Source of the DNA: an uncultured Marinosulfonomonas sp.
GTDB lineage: Bacteria > Pseudomonadota > Alphaproteobacteria > Rhodobacterales > Rhodobacteraceae
Assembly (NCBI GenBank): GCA_964599985.1
Contig: CAZRHV010000006.1
Span: 8,965-72,964 of the forward strand
Direction: 5' to 3'
Length of the DNA stretch: 64,000 nt
The notes beneath the pieces are model-generated. The model was not told the DNA's origin. It made no database searches and saw only the letters and a list, made by a program, of their open reading frames with translations. Positions 1 through 9,642 of the stretch are shown here, piece by piece. Made by a program: the position numbers and the translations under genes. Every line of letters begins with the position of its first letter. Within the stretch, counting starts at the first letter, position 1.

Positions 1-771
1 CAACGTCCAGTTCACATATTCTGCGTTCCACGACGCCCCCGAAAGTGGCCCGCTAAGCCCGACACTGGCAACCGTATCACCGCGATCACGCGCCAGCATT
101 ACACCGGCGTCCAGACTGGCAATCTGAAACTGTGCCCGCATTGCATAGGTGCTGGAATCCAGATCAATTGCCCCGCCGGCAGTTGGCGCACGGGGTACAA
201 GGATTGCCTGAATATCCGCGCCACTATCGAACAGGTACTGCGCATAGATCATATCGGCGCCGGGTTTATAGCTGGTGTCGATTGCATTGGGGGCAAACGG
301 CGCCACGATGTCACTGGGGTGGAAAAACATGCCGCTACCCCAGGTAATCGACTGACGCCCAAGTTTCAGTACCAGACTGGGCGTTGTATAGGTGACCGAT
401 AGGCGGTCAATTGTATTGGTGACCAGGGTATTCGTGTCGCTTAGCCAAGTGGTGCTGAGGTCAAACAGTGTCGCCGGGGCCGGTGTTGGGAAAAACGGAG
501 CAACTGCGGCCGCATAGGCTACGTTATCTCCCTGCGAAAACGACAAATGAGAATGAACCTCAAACCGAAACGAACCAACGCTTTTGTCCCACATCAGCCG
601 GGCGCTTGCGCCGGTGGTGGTGCGGTTCTTAAATCCAAACGCTGCGTCCAGTGAGCCGGGGTCGTTCCACGCCCCGGTGGCCGTTAGTTCGGTGCGAAAT
701 CTTAGCCCTTCGGCAAAAGCCGGGCTTGCGAGGGCGGCGATAAGCACGGCAATACTAACGAAGCGTATCAC
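1..771 (-). CDS. putative outer-membrane or secreted beta-rich protein, N-terminal 257 codons only (gene runs off the left edge)
   Basis: Absent from the ORF track because it starts with GTG at 771 and has no stop in the window. My minus-strand translation gives VIRFVSIAVLIAALASPAFA/EGLRFRTELTATGAWND..., a signal peptide followed by Gly/Ser/Thr/aromatic-rich sequence that stays open to base 1. It overlaps the stop of the upstream ATPase by 17 nt. Confidence 0.5.
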   Translation of the reverse strand, partial: MIRFVSIAVLIAALASPAFAEGLRFRTELTATGAWNDPGSLDAAFGFKNRTTTGASARLMWDKSVGSFRFEVHSHLSFSQGDNVAYAAAVAPFFPTPAPATLFDLSTTWLSDTNTLVTNTIDRLSVTYTTPSLVLKLGRQSITWGSGMFFHPSDIVAPFAPNAIDTSYKPGADMIYAQYLFDSGADIQAILVPRAPTAGGAIDLDSSTYAMRAQFQIASLDAGVMLARDRGDTVASVGLSGPLSGASWNAEYVNWTL

Positions 772-1444
772 TTGAAATCCTTCCATCCAGCAGTTCGATA
801 TGGCGTTTTGAATGCTCCATCACCCGCGGGTCATGGGTGCCGATCACAAAGGTTATACCTTGTTCCCGGTTGAGTTTTGACATCAGGTCCATAAGTTCTC
901 CGGTGGTGGTGCTGTCCAGGTTCGCGGTTGGTTCATCCGCCAGCACAATGCTGGGGCGTGAAACCAGTGCGCGCGCAATCGCGACGCGCTGTTGCTGACC
1001 ACCTGAAAGGGCTGAGGGGCGGCGATGCTCCATACCTTCCAGCCCGACTTCTTTCAGGACCTCTCGGGCGCGGCTATTACGCTCAGTCGGGGGGCGACCT
1101 TGCAGCTCCAGCACGAACTGAATGTTCTCCTGCGCTGACAGAACCGGGATCAGGTTGTAGGCCTGAAAGACAAAACCGATTTTGTTCAGCCGCAGTTCAG
1201 ACAGTTCGGCCTTGTTCATCCCCGCCAGTGACTGGCCGTCAATCACCACCTCACCGGAGGTGGGCCGGTCCAGCGCGCCGATCATGTTCAATAGCGTGGT
1301 TTTGCCCGACCCGGACGGTCCGGCCAAAGTCGCAAAATCACCCTGCATGATGTCCAGATCAACGTCGCGCAGCGCATGAACCAGCAATTCACCTTTACCG
1401 AAACTTTTGCCAACACCGCGACAGGTCACGATTTCATTAGTCAT
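755..1444 (-). CDS. ABC transporter ATP-binding protein, LolD/MacB-type
   Basis: Walker A GPSGSGKTT, signature LSGGQQQRVAIARAL, Walker B IVLADEPT. At 229 aa it has the size typical of LolD/MacB-family ATPases. Confidence 0.9.
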   Translation of the reverse strand: MTNEIVTCRGVGKSFGKGELLVHALRDVDLDIMQGDFATLAGPSGSGKTTLLNMIGALDRPTSGEVVIDGQSLAGMNKAELSELRLNKIGFVFQAYNLIPVLSAQENIQFVLELQGRPPTERNSRAREVLKEVGLEGMEHRRPSALSGGQQQRVAIARALVSRPSIVLADEPTANLDSTTTGELMDLMSKLNREQGITFVIGTHDPRVMEHSKRHIELLDGRISSDTLR

Positions 1445-1457
1445 TATATTGCTCCTG

Positions 1458-2687
1458 TCATGCCGCGTGCCGCATTGCTTCTACCGGGCTGAGTTTTGAG
1501 GCGCGCCGCGCTGGCCACAAGGCAACAAAAATGCCCAGCAACCAGATGATCAGCGAGAATGTGATGAAACCCTGAACGTCATATTCCGGGAACAAAACCT
1601 GCCCGCCCTGAAACATTTCCAGCCCGGCGGCAAATGCGCTCAGGTCCACACCGTCGCTAAGCGTCCAGATGGTCAGCGCGGCGATGATCATCCCGAGCAA
1701 TACGCCAAAGCCAATCAGGAACGCGGATTCCAATGCCACCAGTAACATGACTTGTCGGGGTTTCATGCCCAGGGCGCGCAACAAGCCGAATTCGTGGGTG
1801 CGTTCAAACACCGCCATCAGTTGTGTGTTGACGATGCCGATGGCCATTAGCGAAAATACGACCGTCAGCCAGATGTAGATAAAGTTCTGCATGAAGCTGT
1901 CAGTGGTCGCCAGAAACAGTGATAGTTTTTTCCATGATTTCACATCCAGATCGGGCGCCGCCGCTGTTAGGTTTTCAACGGTTGGGTCGAGCATTTCCGG
2001 ATCTGGGATCGTGAACACCACCTGCGCAATCTCATCCCCCAGACCAAGGAACTTTTGCCCCGCCGTAAGACCAGTAAAGGCGTAAAAGTCTTCGGTCGCT
2101 TTATCCGCGTCAAACAGACCAACTACATCAAAGCTCCGCTCAGACAATGTGCCGTCCACGCTCTGCGACATCAAAATAACCCGCCGTCCAAGCCCGGTAT
2201 TCAACCGATCAACCAGGTTCAGCCCCAGCACAACGCCGTCATCATCGGGGCCGTTCAGATACCGCCCCGCAACCACCTTGCCGGGGATGGATGAAATGCG
2301 CTGTTCGGCCTGGGGGTCAACGCCAAGAATGTTTACCGGCAGGGTTTTGTATTCCGACTGCACAACACCGGGCACTTGCAGGCGCGTGGTCCACGCTGCA
2401 ACCGCGTCCACGTTCAGGGCGGCGGTCAGTGCCGCATCGGGGGGTGGCATCAGGGTGTCGATATTTGGGTCGTTCAGATAGCCGAGCGCATGGATTTGCC
2501 CTTGCCCGATCAGCAGGTTCAGGGTCGCGTCCTTACTGGCCTGACCCCAGGCGTTCAGGAACGAATTGAAGAACAAGATCGACCACAGGCCAACCGAAAC
2601 AACAATCAGGGTTATCGCGGTGCGCCTTGGATTGCGCCACAGATTGCGCCAGGCCAGTGGCGTCAGGGTTTTCAGATTTCCCTTCAT
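1458..2687 (-). CDS. ABC transporter permease, FtsX/MacB-like (second of two)
   Basis: N-terminus MKGNLKTLTPLAWRNLWRNPRRT (the typical FtsX-family start), a large periplasmic domain, then C-terminal TM helices. I place the start at ATG 2687, which forms an ATGA overlap with the upstream permease stop. The longer ORF-track form (to 2834) would overlap the upstream gene by 150 nt. Confidence 0.85.
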   Translation of the reverse strand: MKGNLKTLTPLAWRNLWRNPRRTAITLIVVSVGLWSILFFNSFLNAWGQASKDATLNLLIGQGQIHALGYLNDPNIDTLMPPPDAALTAALNVDAVAAWTTRLQVPGVVQSEYKTLPVNILGVDPQAEQRISSIPGKVVAGRYLNGPDDDGVVLGLNLVDRLNTGLGRRVILMSQSVDGTLSERSFDVVGLFDADKATEDFYAFTGLTAGQKFLGLGDEIAQVVFTIPDPEMLDPTVENLTAAAPDLDVKSWKKLSLFLATTDSFMQNFIYIWLTVVFSLMAIGIVNTQLMAVFERTHEFGLLRALGMKPRQVMLLVALESAFLIGFGVLLGMIIAALTIWTLSDGVDLSAFAAGLEMFQGGQVLFPEYDVQGFITFSLIIWLLGIFVALWPARRASKLSPVEAMRHAA

Positions 2688-3901
2688 GCGGACATCGCCG
2701 ATACTGGTTCCAGGCCCATGACACGGCGGTAGGGAATAATCCCCAATATTGCTATCGCAGCCACAATAGCGCCCGGGCCAAGCAGAACACGAAATGGCGT
2801 CATGTTTGGGTAAAACCGTGAGGGTAATCCCCACTGCGCATAAATCTCATCCAACCCTTCAAAAGCAATGCCGACGCTTTCAAAATACGCGGTTAGGGCG
2901 ATACCCAGAACGATGCCGATCCCTGTACCGACAAACGAAAGAAATATCATTTCCAACCAGACCATCCGCCCGATTTGGCTGGGTTTCATACCCAAAGCCA
3001 ACAACATGCCAAATTCACGGGTGCGTTCGAGAACCGACATGTAAAGCGTGTTCAGGATGATGAAGACCACAACGATAACCAGCGTGCCATACATCAACAT
3101 CGCCGTGCTCATATCAAGCGCGATGGCCTGCTTTACGGCAGGTTGAATTTCGCCCCAGTCCAGATAGACCGTGTCATGTTTAGCGGCTATGTCCCGCAAC
3201 TCTGCTTCAATCTGTTCGATATCGTATAGCTGTGCACCGGTGATGGCGACGATGTTTACGGCGCCTCCCATCAGGAACGCTTCACCAAACCGGTCCAGCG
3301 GCATTTGCGCAATCTGGCGGTCAATCTCTGGCACACCGGTGTTGAATATGCCAACCAACGTCAGCACATCCGCCGCAACCGAGCCATCCATACCAGTGCC
3401 AATCATTGTAACCGGATCACCAAGCTCCAGCCGCAAATTGCGCGCCAACCCATCGCCAAGGGTGATTGCATTAGTGTCTTCGACAGTTAAGGCGCGGCCC
3501 TGTTTGATCAGCGTCGAAAGGGTGGAAACTTTCGGCTCGTTCACTGGATCAACCCCCACGACTGCCGCTGCAAAACTGCGCTCTCCGTTGGCCATCAGAA
3601 CAAACCCGGTGGTTCGGGCGGTGGTGGCCGTGATGGCATCTATGCTTTGCAGGTCAGCAATTAACGCCACAGGGTTTTTGATCACCTTGGAAATCTCAGG
3701 GTCATCTTTGTATCCCACGGGCTGAAATTGGCCAAAGCCTTCGCTGATTTTCAGCATAGAAGATTTCATGATGTCGTAGGAACCAAACTGAAATGACAGC
3801 ATGAACACCAGCAACATCGACGCAAAACCCATGCCCAGCATCGACAGCGCCGTGCGGATCGGTTGACGCCAGAGATTTCGCCAGGCAAGCGACGCGATCA
3901 T
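2684..3901 (-). CDS. ABC transporter permease, FtsX/MacB-like (first of two)
   Basis: MIASLAWRNLWRQPIRT start motif, a periplasmic domain, and C-terminal FtsX TM helices. Start taken at ATG 3901, 4 nt after the upstream stop. The ORF-track form to 4015 overlaps the upstream gene. Confidence 0.85.
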   Translation of the reverse strand: MIASLAWRNLWRQPIRTALSMLGMGFASMLLVFMLSFQFGSYDIMKSSMLKISEGFGQFQPVGYKDDPEISKVIKNPVALIADLQSIDAITATTARTTGFVLMANGERSFAAAVVGVDPVNEPKVSTLSTLIKQGRALTVEDTNAITLGDGLARNLRLELGDPVTMIGTGMDGSVAADVLTLVGIFNTGVPEIDRQIAQMPLDRFGEAFLMGGAVNIVAITGAQLYDIEQIEAELRDIAAKHDTVYLDWGEIQPAVKQAIALDMSTAMLMYGTLVIVVVFIILNTLYMSVLERTREFGMLLALGMKPSQIGRMVWLEMIFLSFVGTGIGIVLGIALTAYFESVGIAFEGLDEIYAQWGLPSRFYPNMTPFRVLLGPGAIVAAIAILGIIPYRRVMGLEPVSAMSA

Positions 3902-3905
3902 TAAC

Positions 3906-4694
3906 TTAGTTCCTTGGATTTTGTAGGTTGGATTTGGTGAAAACGTAGGATGGGATTTCGATGTTAAATTGCGCGGAAGTTGTCGTGACACGGGTGAACT
4001 GACCGGGTTTGGCATCGGTCCGCATTGTCATAACCGTGGGATAGGGGCGCCCGCTGAGGGTCTGGATTTTGTCAGCTGTCATCACACGCACGCGCTTGCC
4101 TAACTGATCGTAATATTCGACCTCGACCAGCACACCATCGCTTCGCACGGAAATAACCTGTTTACCCCAGACAATTGGAACACCACGTTTGGGGACGGCT
4201 TCGATCACATACACAGTTTTCCCGGCCGATGTTTTGGTGCCGAGCATTTTGTGGGTGTAGTCGTCAACAACCTGCTGTGAGCGTGACAGGTCGTTGTAGG
4301 AAAAATCTGACCCCATCCATGATTGTGACATAGCGCTGGCGGGCAGCTTGATCACCTGATTTAGTTTGGGGTTAAATACATAGGTCGAGGTACCCAATTG
4401 CAAAGTTGCATTGCCTGCATCCCGCGCCGGTTCTGTAAAACGTACCAGCGCCTTGTCGTCGCCAAGTGTCCAGCTTTCCATTGTCATATTGCGGGTATCG
4501 CTGCTGCGCTGCACAGTCATTTTCACCACCGCATAAGAACTGTTCGCCCGCCAGTTATCAAAAGCCGACTGAAGAATTGCGCGCGCGTCCTGCGCGATAA
4601 CGGCGGGGGCGCTTATGCCAAGGAATGTGACGCTGATCACCCCAACAACGAATTTGCGCCGGTCTAATTTCATGACGTTATCGGCTTGGGTCAT
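3906..4694 (-). CDS. periplasmic LolA-fold protein (outer membrane lipoprotein-sorting protein family)
   Basis: Signal peptide KFVVGVISVTFLGISAPAVIAQD. The mature part (FDNWRANSSYAVVKMTV...MESWTLGDDKALVRFTEPARDAGNATL...) resembles LolA-like sorting proteins often found next to FtsX permeases. Start at ATG 4694 has an AAAGGGA Shine-Dalgarno sequence; ATG 4673 is an alternative. Confidence 0.65.
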   Translation of the reverse strand: MTQADNVMKLDRRKFVVGVISVTFLGISAPAVIAQDARAILQSAFDNWRANSSYAVVKMTVQRSSDTRNMTMESWTLGDDKALVRFTEPARDAGNATLQLGTSTYVFNPKLNQVIKLPASAMSQSWMGSDFSYNDLSRSQQVVDDYTHKMLGTKTSAGKTVYVIEAVPKRGVPIVWGKQVISVRSDGVLVEVEYYDQLGKRVRVMTADKIQTLSGRPYPTVMTMRTDAKPGQFTRVTTTSAQFNIEIPSYVFTKSNLQNPRN

Positions 4695-4756
4695 AGGGTT
4701 CCCTTTCGTCAGAATTCGCCCACTTGATTTGCCGGGCGGGGCTGAGTAAACAGGTA

Positions 4757-4774
4757 TTGGACCACCCGGTCCAA
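4757..4774. promoter_or_regulatory. inverted repeat TTGGACC-N4-GGTCCAA, candidate TetR operator in the divergent promoter region
   Basis: Perfect 7-4-7 palindrome read directly. It lies between the start of the LolA-like gene (4694, minus) and the tetR start (4791, plus). Confidence 0.4.
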
Positions 4775-4790
4775 CAGTTAGGTAATCTTT

Positions 4791-5444
4791 GTGAACGGAT
4801 CTGTCAAGATCATGGACGAACACCCTTCAATGCGGCTAGCAGACGACAAACGTCGTATGTTGTTTCGGGTATCAAGTGCCGAGTTCGCGGCAAATGGGTT
4901 CAAACAAGCTTCGCTAAATCGAATTATCTCTGAACTCGGGATGAGCAAATCATCGTTTTACCACTACTTTGAAAACAAAACTGATTTGTTCCAGCAAACG
5001 TTGGAACACGGTATGGCACCGCTTTTGGCCACTCATCAGGCTATTGATTTGGAGGCGATGACAGCCGAAACCCTGTGGCCGACGATCATGCAGTTTGCCG
5101 GTGAAATGATGCAGAGCGTGAACCAGTCGCCAGATATGGTTACAGCCGGGCGGATGTTTTACCGCGTCATGGAAAACCCGGACGAACGGGAGCTGACCAA
5201 GGGTATCATTGGCGACTTCAGCGATTGGGTATTGCGGCTTATCCAACGGGGGCAGGGGTTAGGGGTGTTTCGCAATGACCTGCCGGAGAGCCTGTTGATA
5301 GATATGATCATGGCAATGGGCATGAGTATGGATCGCTGGATGTTAAGCCACTGGGAAGAATTGTCAGACGCGGAAAAAGAAGAAATTGGCGTGCGTGGCT
5401 TTGAATTGTTCGTGCGTTTGCTGGAACCCACCCGAACGGGCTAG
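4791..5444 (+). CDS. TetR/AcrR family transcriptional regulator
   Basis: N-terminal [34 protein letters not shown]. Transcribed divergently from the ABC module. GTG start at 4791, or ATG at 4812. Confidence 0.85.
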   Translation: MNGSVKIMDEHPSMRLADDKRRMLFRVSSAEFAANGFKQASLNRIISELGMSKSSFYHYFENKTDLFQQTLEHGMAPLLATHQAIDLEAMTAETLWPTIMQFAGEMMQSVNQSPDMVTAGRMFYRVMENPDERELTKGIIGDFSDWVLRLIQRGQGLGVFRNDLPESLLIDMIMAMGMSMDRWMLSHWEELSDAEKEEIGVRGFELFVRLLEPTRTG

Positions 5445-6517
5445 TTTTCAATCCGCTTTTCATTCTGCCCGTCAAACAAATGGATCGAACCCGGTGAGGT
5501 TGCCAGATGCATTTTTTCACCCGACGCGAAACTCTGCACCCCTTCCAGCCGGACAACAAAGTCCTGGCCTTTTTGTAATGTGCCATGAACCAGGGTATCC
5601 GCACCAAGCTGTTCCACAATCCCGACCGTAAGCTCCAGATTTGCTTTCGCAGCTGAAGTAACTTCCATATGTTCGGGCCTGATCCCAAAGGTGATTTTTT
5701 GCCCGGCGCGGTCCGTTACCGCCCGGTCCAGTTTCACCGTGCCGCCGCTGGCAAGAACCACAGAACTTCCGGTTTTATCAATCTCGGCTGCCATCAGGTT
5801 CATTGAAGGTGAGCCAATAAAACCTGCAACAAACACCGACGCCGGTTTTTCATAGATCTCAATCGGCGTGCCAAGCTGTTCGACATATCCACCATTCAGC
5901 ACCGCCAGACGATGCCCCAGTGTCATTGCTTCCACCTGATCATGGGTCACGTACACGCTGGTGATGCCCAGATTTTCCTGTAGCGTTTTAATCTGCAACC
6001 GCATCTGAACCCGCAGCTTTGCATCCAGGTTGGACAGTGGCTCATCGAACAGGAACACGCTGGGTTCACGCACAATTGCGCGCCCCATGGCAACACGCTG
6101 GCGCTGACCACCGCTCAGCTGGCGGGGCGAGCGTTGCAGGTATTCTTCAATCTCCAGAATTTCCGCTACACGGTTCACCCGCTTTTCAATTTCGTCTTTG
6201 GGAATTTTCTTGATCTTCAGACCGTAAGCCATGTTGTTGTACACGGTCATATGCGGGTAAAGCGCGTAGTTCTGAAATACCATCGCGATGTCACGTTCTG
6301 CCGGTTCCAGATCATTTACCACCCGGCCGCCGATGGAAATTTCGCCCTCGGTTATGCTTTCAAGTCCCGCGATCATTCGCAGCAAAGTCGATTTACCACA
6401 GCCACTTGGTCCGACGATAACCACAAACTCACCATCGTCTATCTTAAAGCTGACATCGTGAATGACCTCAACTTTGCCATAGGATTTCTGGACGTTATCT
6501 AGCAGAATTTCCGCCAT
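5441..6517 (-). CDS. ugpC: sn-glycerol-3-phosphate ABC transporter ATP-binding protein
   Basis: [36 protein letters not shown], and a MalK-type C-terminal regulatory domain. Last gene of the ugpBAEC order. Confidence 0.85.
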   Translation of the reverse strand: MAEILLDNVQKSYGKVEVIHDVSFKIDDGEFVVIVGPSGCGKSTLLRMIAGLESITEGEISIGGRVVNDLEPAERDIAMVFQNYALYPHMTVYNNMAYGLKIKKIPKDEIEKRVNRVAEILEIEEYLQRSPRQLSGGQRQRVAMGRAIVREPSVFLFDEPLSNLDAKLRVQMRLQIKTLQENLGITSVYVTHDQVEAMTLGHRLAVLNGGYVEQLGTPIEIYEKPASVFVAGFIGSPSMNLMAAEIDKTGSSVVLASGGTVKLDRAVTDRAGQKITFGIRPEHMEVTSAAKANLELTVGIVEQLGADTLVHGTLQKGQDFVVRLEGVQSFASGEKMHLATSPGSIHLFDGQNEKRIEN

Positions 6518-6536
6518 TTTCAGCTTCCTGTTTTCA

Positions 6537-7385
6537 TTATTTATCGGTTTCGGTCAGGCCTTTGACAAACATCTTTTGCATACTCAACACGACGATTATT
6601 GGCGGTATCATAGCAAGCAGGGACGTCATCATGATCAGGTGCCATTCGGGTGAAAGCTCTGCCGATTCAAGCAGTTGCTTGATACCCATGACAACTGTGA
6701 AATAACCTGAATCGGTGGTGATCAACAGCGGCCACAGGTATTGGTTCCAGCCATAAATGAATAAAATAACAAACAGGGCTGCAATATTCGTGCGCGACAG
6801 TGGCAGCAAAATATCCCAGAAAAATCGCATCGGGCCTGCGCCATCAACACGGGCAGCTTCCAGCATTTCGTCGGGGATGGTCAGGAATACCTGGCGGAAC
6901 ATGAACGTCGCAGTGGCCGATGCAATCAGTGGGATGGTCATGCCCCAATATGAATTCAGCATTCCCAAATCCGCCACCACCTTAAAGGTCGGGAAAATAC
7001 GCACTTCAACAGGTAGCATCAGGGTAATGAATATCATCCAGAAAAACCCCATGCGAAAAGGGAAGCGAAAGTAAACAATCGCAAAGGCCGACAGCAGCGA
7101 GATCGAGATTTTACCAACAGCAATCATCATCGCCATAACCAGACTGTTACCCATCATCACCCAGACCGGCGTAGCGTTTGCCCCACCAACGCCTTCCAGC
7201 AGCACAGTTTTCATATTGATGAAAAACTGGTTGCCCGGCATCAGGGGCAGGGGAACCTGTGTCATTCGCACCGCTTCATGGGTGGATGCAACAAAGGTAA
7301 TCCAGATTGGAAAGGCCACCAAAATCACGCCAAGGATCAGCGTCATATGTGCCAGCAATGTTACGAATGGTCGGTTCTCTATCAT
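6537..7385 (-). CDS. ugpE: sn-glycerol-3-phosphate ABC transporter permease
   Basis: MalG-type 6-TM permease with EAA loop [21 protein letters not shown]. Overlaps the ugpA stop by 1 nt. Confidence 0.85.
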   Translation of the reverse strand: MIENRPFVTLLAHMTLILGVILVAFPIWITFVASTHEAVRMTQVPLPLMPGNQFFINMKTVLLEGVGGANATPVWVMMGNSLVMAMMIAVGKISISLLSAFAIVYFRFPFRMGFFWMIFITLMLPVEVRIFPTFKVVADLGMLNSYWGMTIPLIASATATFMFRQVFLTIPDEMLEAARVDGAGPMRFFWDILLPLSRTNIAALFVILFIYGWNQYLWPLLITTDSGYFTVVMGIKQLLESAELSPEWHLIMMTSLLAMIPPIIVVLSMQKMFVKGLTETDK

Positions 7386-8266
7386 CAGTATTCGACCTTT
7401 CTTTCAATGTAGCGGAACTGCACAACGGTCATCGTTATCACGATCGCCATCAGAATAACCGACTGCGCTGCAGAGCTGCCCAGATCGATCGCAACCGCAC
7501 CATCATACCAAACCTTGTAAACCAGTATTTCCGTTGCCCTGTAGGGCCCGCCCTGGGTAATCGCGTGGACAATGCCAAACGTATCAAAAAAGGCGTAAAC
7601 AATATTAACCACTAGCAAAAAGAACATCGTCGGCGTGATTAGTGGGAAAATAATGGTCCAGAAACGCTTCATTGGACCGGCGCCATCTATGGCAGCCGCT
7701 TCGATTAGCGACTTCGGGATTGACTGAATCGCCGCGACAAAAAACAAAAAGTTGTAAGCGACCTGTTTCCAAGTGGCCGCCATAATAACCAGCGTCATGG
7801 CCTCGCCGCCATTTAGCTTATGGTTCCAATCATAGCCAACAGCGTTCAGGGCAAAGGCAAAAATCCCGAGCGTCGGGTCAAACATAAATACCCAGAGAGC
7901 GCCGGCAATCACCGGGGCCACGGCATAGGGCCAAATCAGCAGTGTGCGATAGGTGAACACGCCTTTGACGATCCGATCAACCATTGCTGCAAGTACCAGT
8001 CCGATGCTCATCGCTAAACCGGCCACCATGAACGAAAACAAGGCAGTGCGCTGGAAAGCGCCCAAATAATAGCTGTCACCCTGTAGGTCCTTAAAATTAT
8101 CGAACCAGACAAATTCTGTACTGGTGCCAAAAATGTCTTCAACCAGAAATGACTGATAAAGCGCCTGTCCGGCGGGCCACATGAAAAATATCAAAGTTAC
8201 AGCAATTTGTGGGGCAACCAGCAAAAACGGTAATATTGAAGGGCCAAAATGAACGCGTTTTAACAT
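7385..8266 (-). CDS. ugpA: sn-glycerol-3-phosphate ABC transporter permease
   Basis: MalF-type permease with EAA loop EAAAIDGAGPMKRFWTIIFPL. Confidence 0.85.
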   Translation of the reverse strand: MLKRVHFGPSILPFLLVAPQIAVTLIFFMWPAGQALYQSFLVEDIFGTSTEFVWFDNFKDLQGDSYYLGAFQRTALFSFMVAGLAMSIGLVLAAMVDRIVKGVFTYRTLLIWPYAVAPVIAGALWVFMFDPTLGIFAFALNAVGYDWNHKLNGGEAMTLVIMAATWKQVAYNFLFFVAAIQSIPKSLIEAAAIDGAGPMKRFWTIIFPLITPTMFFLLVVNIVYAFFDTFGIVHAITQGGPYRATEILVYKVWYDGAVAIDLGSSAAQSVILMAIVITMTVVQFRYIERKVEY

Positions 8267-8288
8267 ATGAGGGTATCCATAAACAGAA

Positions 8289-8316
8289 TTTCGGCCCGCG
8301 CCTGTGCGGGCCGAAA
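8289..8316 (-). terminator. 11-bp GC-rich stem-loop between ugpB and ugpA (partial terminator or mRNA-stabilising hairpin)
   Basis: TTTCGGCCCGC-gcctgt-GCGGGCCGAAA is a perfect inverted repeat. On the transcript it is followed by AUUCUGUUUAU. Confidence 0.55.
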
Positions 8317-8328
8317 AAGTGTTATCGC

Positions 8329-9642
8329 TTAGTTGTTCGCTTTTTCGAACTTCTCAAGCAGATCGTTCCCGCGTTTAACGGCGACGTCCAGTGCTTCCTG
8401 TGCAGTGGCGTTACCCGACCACAGTGCTTCCATCTCTTCGTTGATGATGTCGCGGATTTGCACAAAGCTCCCGAAACGAACACCACGCGAATTTGGTGTT
8501 GGTGTGTTCAGGCTTAGCTGTTCGATCGCTGTATCCGTGCCAGGGTTTTCGTCATAGAAACCCTGTTCCTTTGACAACACGGAAGCCGCCGTTGTAATCG
8601 GCACGTAACCGGTTTCCTGATGCCACCATGCCTGCACTTCTGACGAAGACAGGTAGTTCATGAATTCAGCAACACCCTTGTAGTCGCCCTGATCATGTCC
8701 GCGCAGTACCCAAAGGGTTGCGCCCCCAATAATCGAGTTTTGCGCCGTATCAGCCACCTCTGTATCCAGCGGCAACATGGTCTGGCCAAATTCAAACTCA
8801 GCCTGATCAACCATCGAGCCGTAATAAGCAGAGGAGTTCATCCACATGCCGCATTCACCCGAGGTAAACAACGACAGGCTGTCACCGCGACGGCCACCAT
8901 ATTTGAAGATACCGCTTTCCTGACTGTCAGCGATGGTTTGCAAACGGTTGGCGACGGCTTCGTTGTTAAACGTAAAGCGCGTACCCAGCCCGGCAAAGCC
9001 GTTTTCTTCGGTGCCCATTGGAAGGTCATGCCAAGCGCTGTAATTCTCGATCATGACCCAGGATTGCCAGCCAAATGAATAACCACAGGTCATCCCGCTA
9101 TCGAGCAGCTTTTGCGCTGCGTCATTCACTTCGTCCCAGGTTTCAGGGGGTGATTCAATACCTGCTTTTGCAAACGCGTCCTTGTTGTACCAAAGCACAG
9201 GGGTTGATGAATTGAACGGCATCGACAACAGATCACCATCCGATGTCTGGTAATAACTAACCACAGCAGGCAGATAGACAGACTGGTCAAAGTCAACGCC
9301 AGAATCGGACATCACTTCTGAAATCGGATAAACAGCACCCTTAGCTGCCATCATTGTGGCTGTACCAACCTCAAACACCTGCACGATATGCGGTTGTTCC
9401 TTAGCGCGAAACGCTGCAACGGCCGCTGTCATAGTTTCGGTATAGTTGCCTTTGTAACTTGGCGTGACAACAAATTCGGACTGCGATTCATTAAAGCCAG
9501 CCGCAATGCGGTCAACCCGCTCACCGTTGGCCCCGCCCATGGCGTGCCACCACTGAATTTCAGTCTGCGCCATCGCAGATGTGGCCATACTGGCGATTGC
9601 AGCGGCAGAAACTGCGCCAAATAGATACTTACTAACTTTCAT
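8329..9642 (-). CDS. ugpB: sn-glycerol-3-phosphate ABC transporter substrate-binding protein
   Basis: Signal peptide, then QTEIQWWHAMGG...YKGNYTETMTAAVAAFRAKEQPHIVQVFEVGTATMMAAKGAVYP, which is close to the E. coli UgpB N-terminal region as I remember it. Confidence 0.9.
   Translation of the reverse strand: MKVSKYLFGAVSAAAIASMATSAMAQTEIQWWHAMGGANGERVDRIAAGFNESQSEFVVTPSYKGNYTETMTAAVAAFRAKEQPHIVQVFEVGTATMMAAKGAVYPISEVMSDSGVDFDQSVYLPAVVSYYQTSDGDLLSMPFNSSTPVLWYNKDAFAKAGIESPPETWDEVNDAAQKLLDSGMTCGYSFGWQSWVMIENYSAWHDLPMGTEENGFAGLGTRFTFNNEAVANRLQTIADSQESGIFKYGGRRGDSLSLFTSGECGMWMNSSAYYGSMVDQAEFEFGQTMLPLDTEVADTAQNSIIGGATLWVLRGHDQGDYKGVAEFMNYLSSSEVQAWWHQETGYVPITTAASVLSKEQGFYDENPGTDTAIEQLSLNTPTPNSRGVRFGSFVQIRDIINEEMEALWSGNATAQEALDVAVKRGNDLLEKFEKANN

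Noticed and set aside
584-775. Plus-strand 63-aa ORF at the left end.
   Set aside because: It is antisense to the signal-peptide region of the minus-strand GTG-initiated gene (1-771), which makes a far more convincing protein. It has no ribosome-binding site or motif.
2688-2834. N-terminal extensions of several ORF-track entries: 1458-2834, 2684-4015, 3906-4823, 21458-23071, 38584-39588, 54115-54525, 57255-57638, 19360-20322, 17711-18586 and 20325-21380.
   Set aside because: The extended parts overlap the upstream gene or a promoter and have junk-like sequence. Internal starts with good Shine-Dalgarno sequences and family-typical N-termini exist, so the shorter forms are reported.
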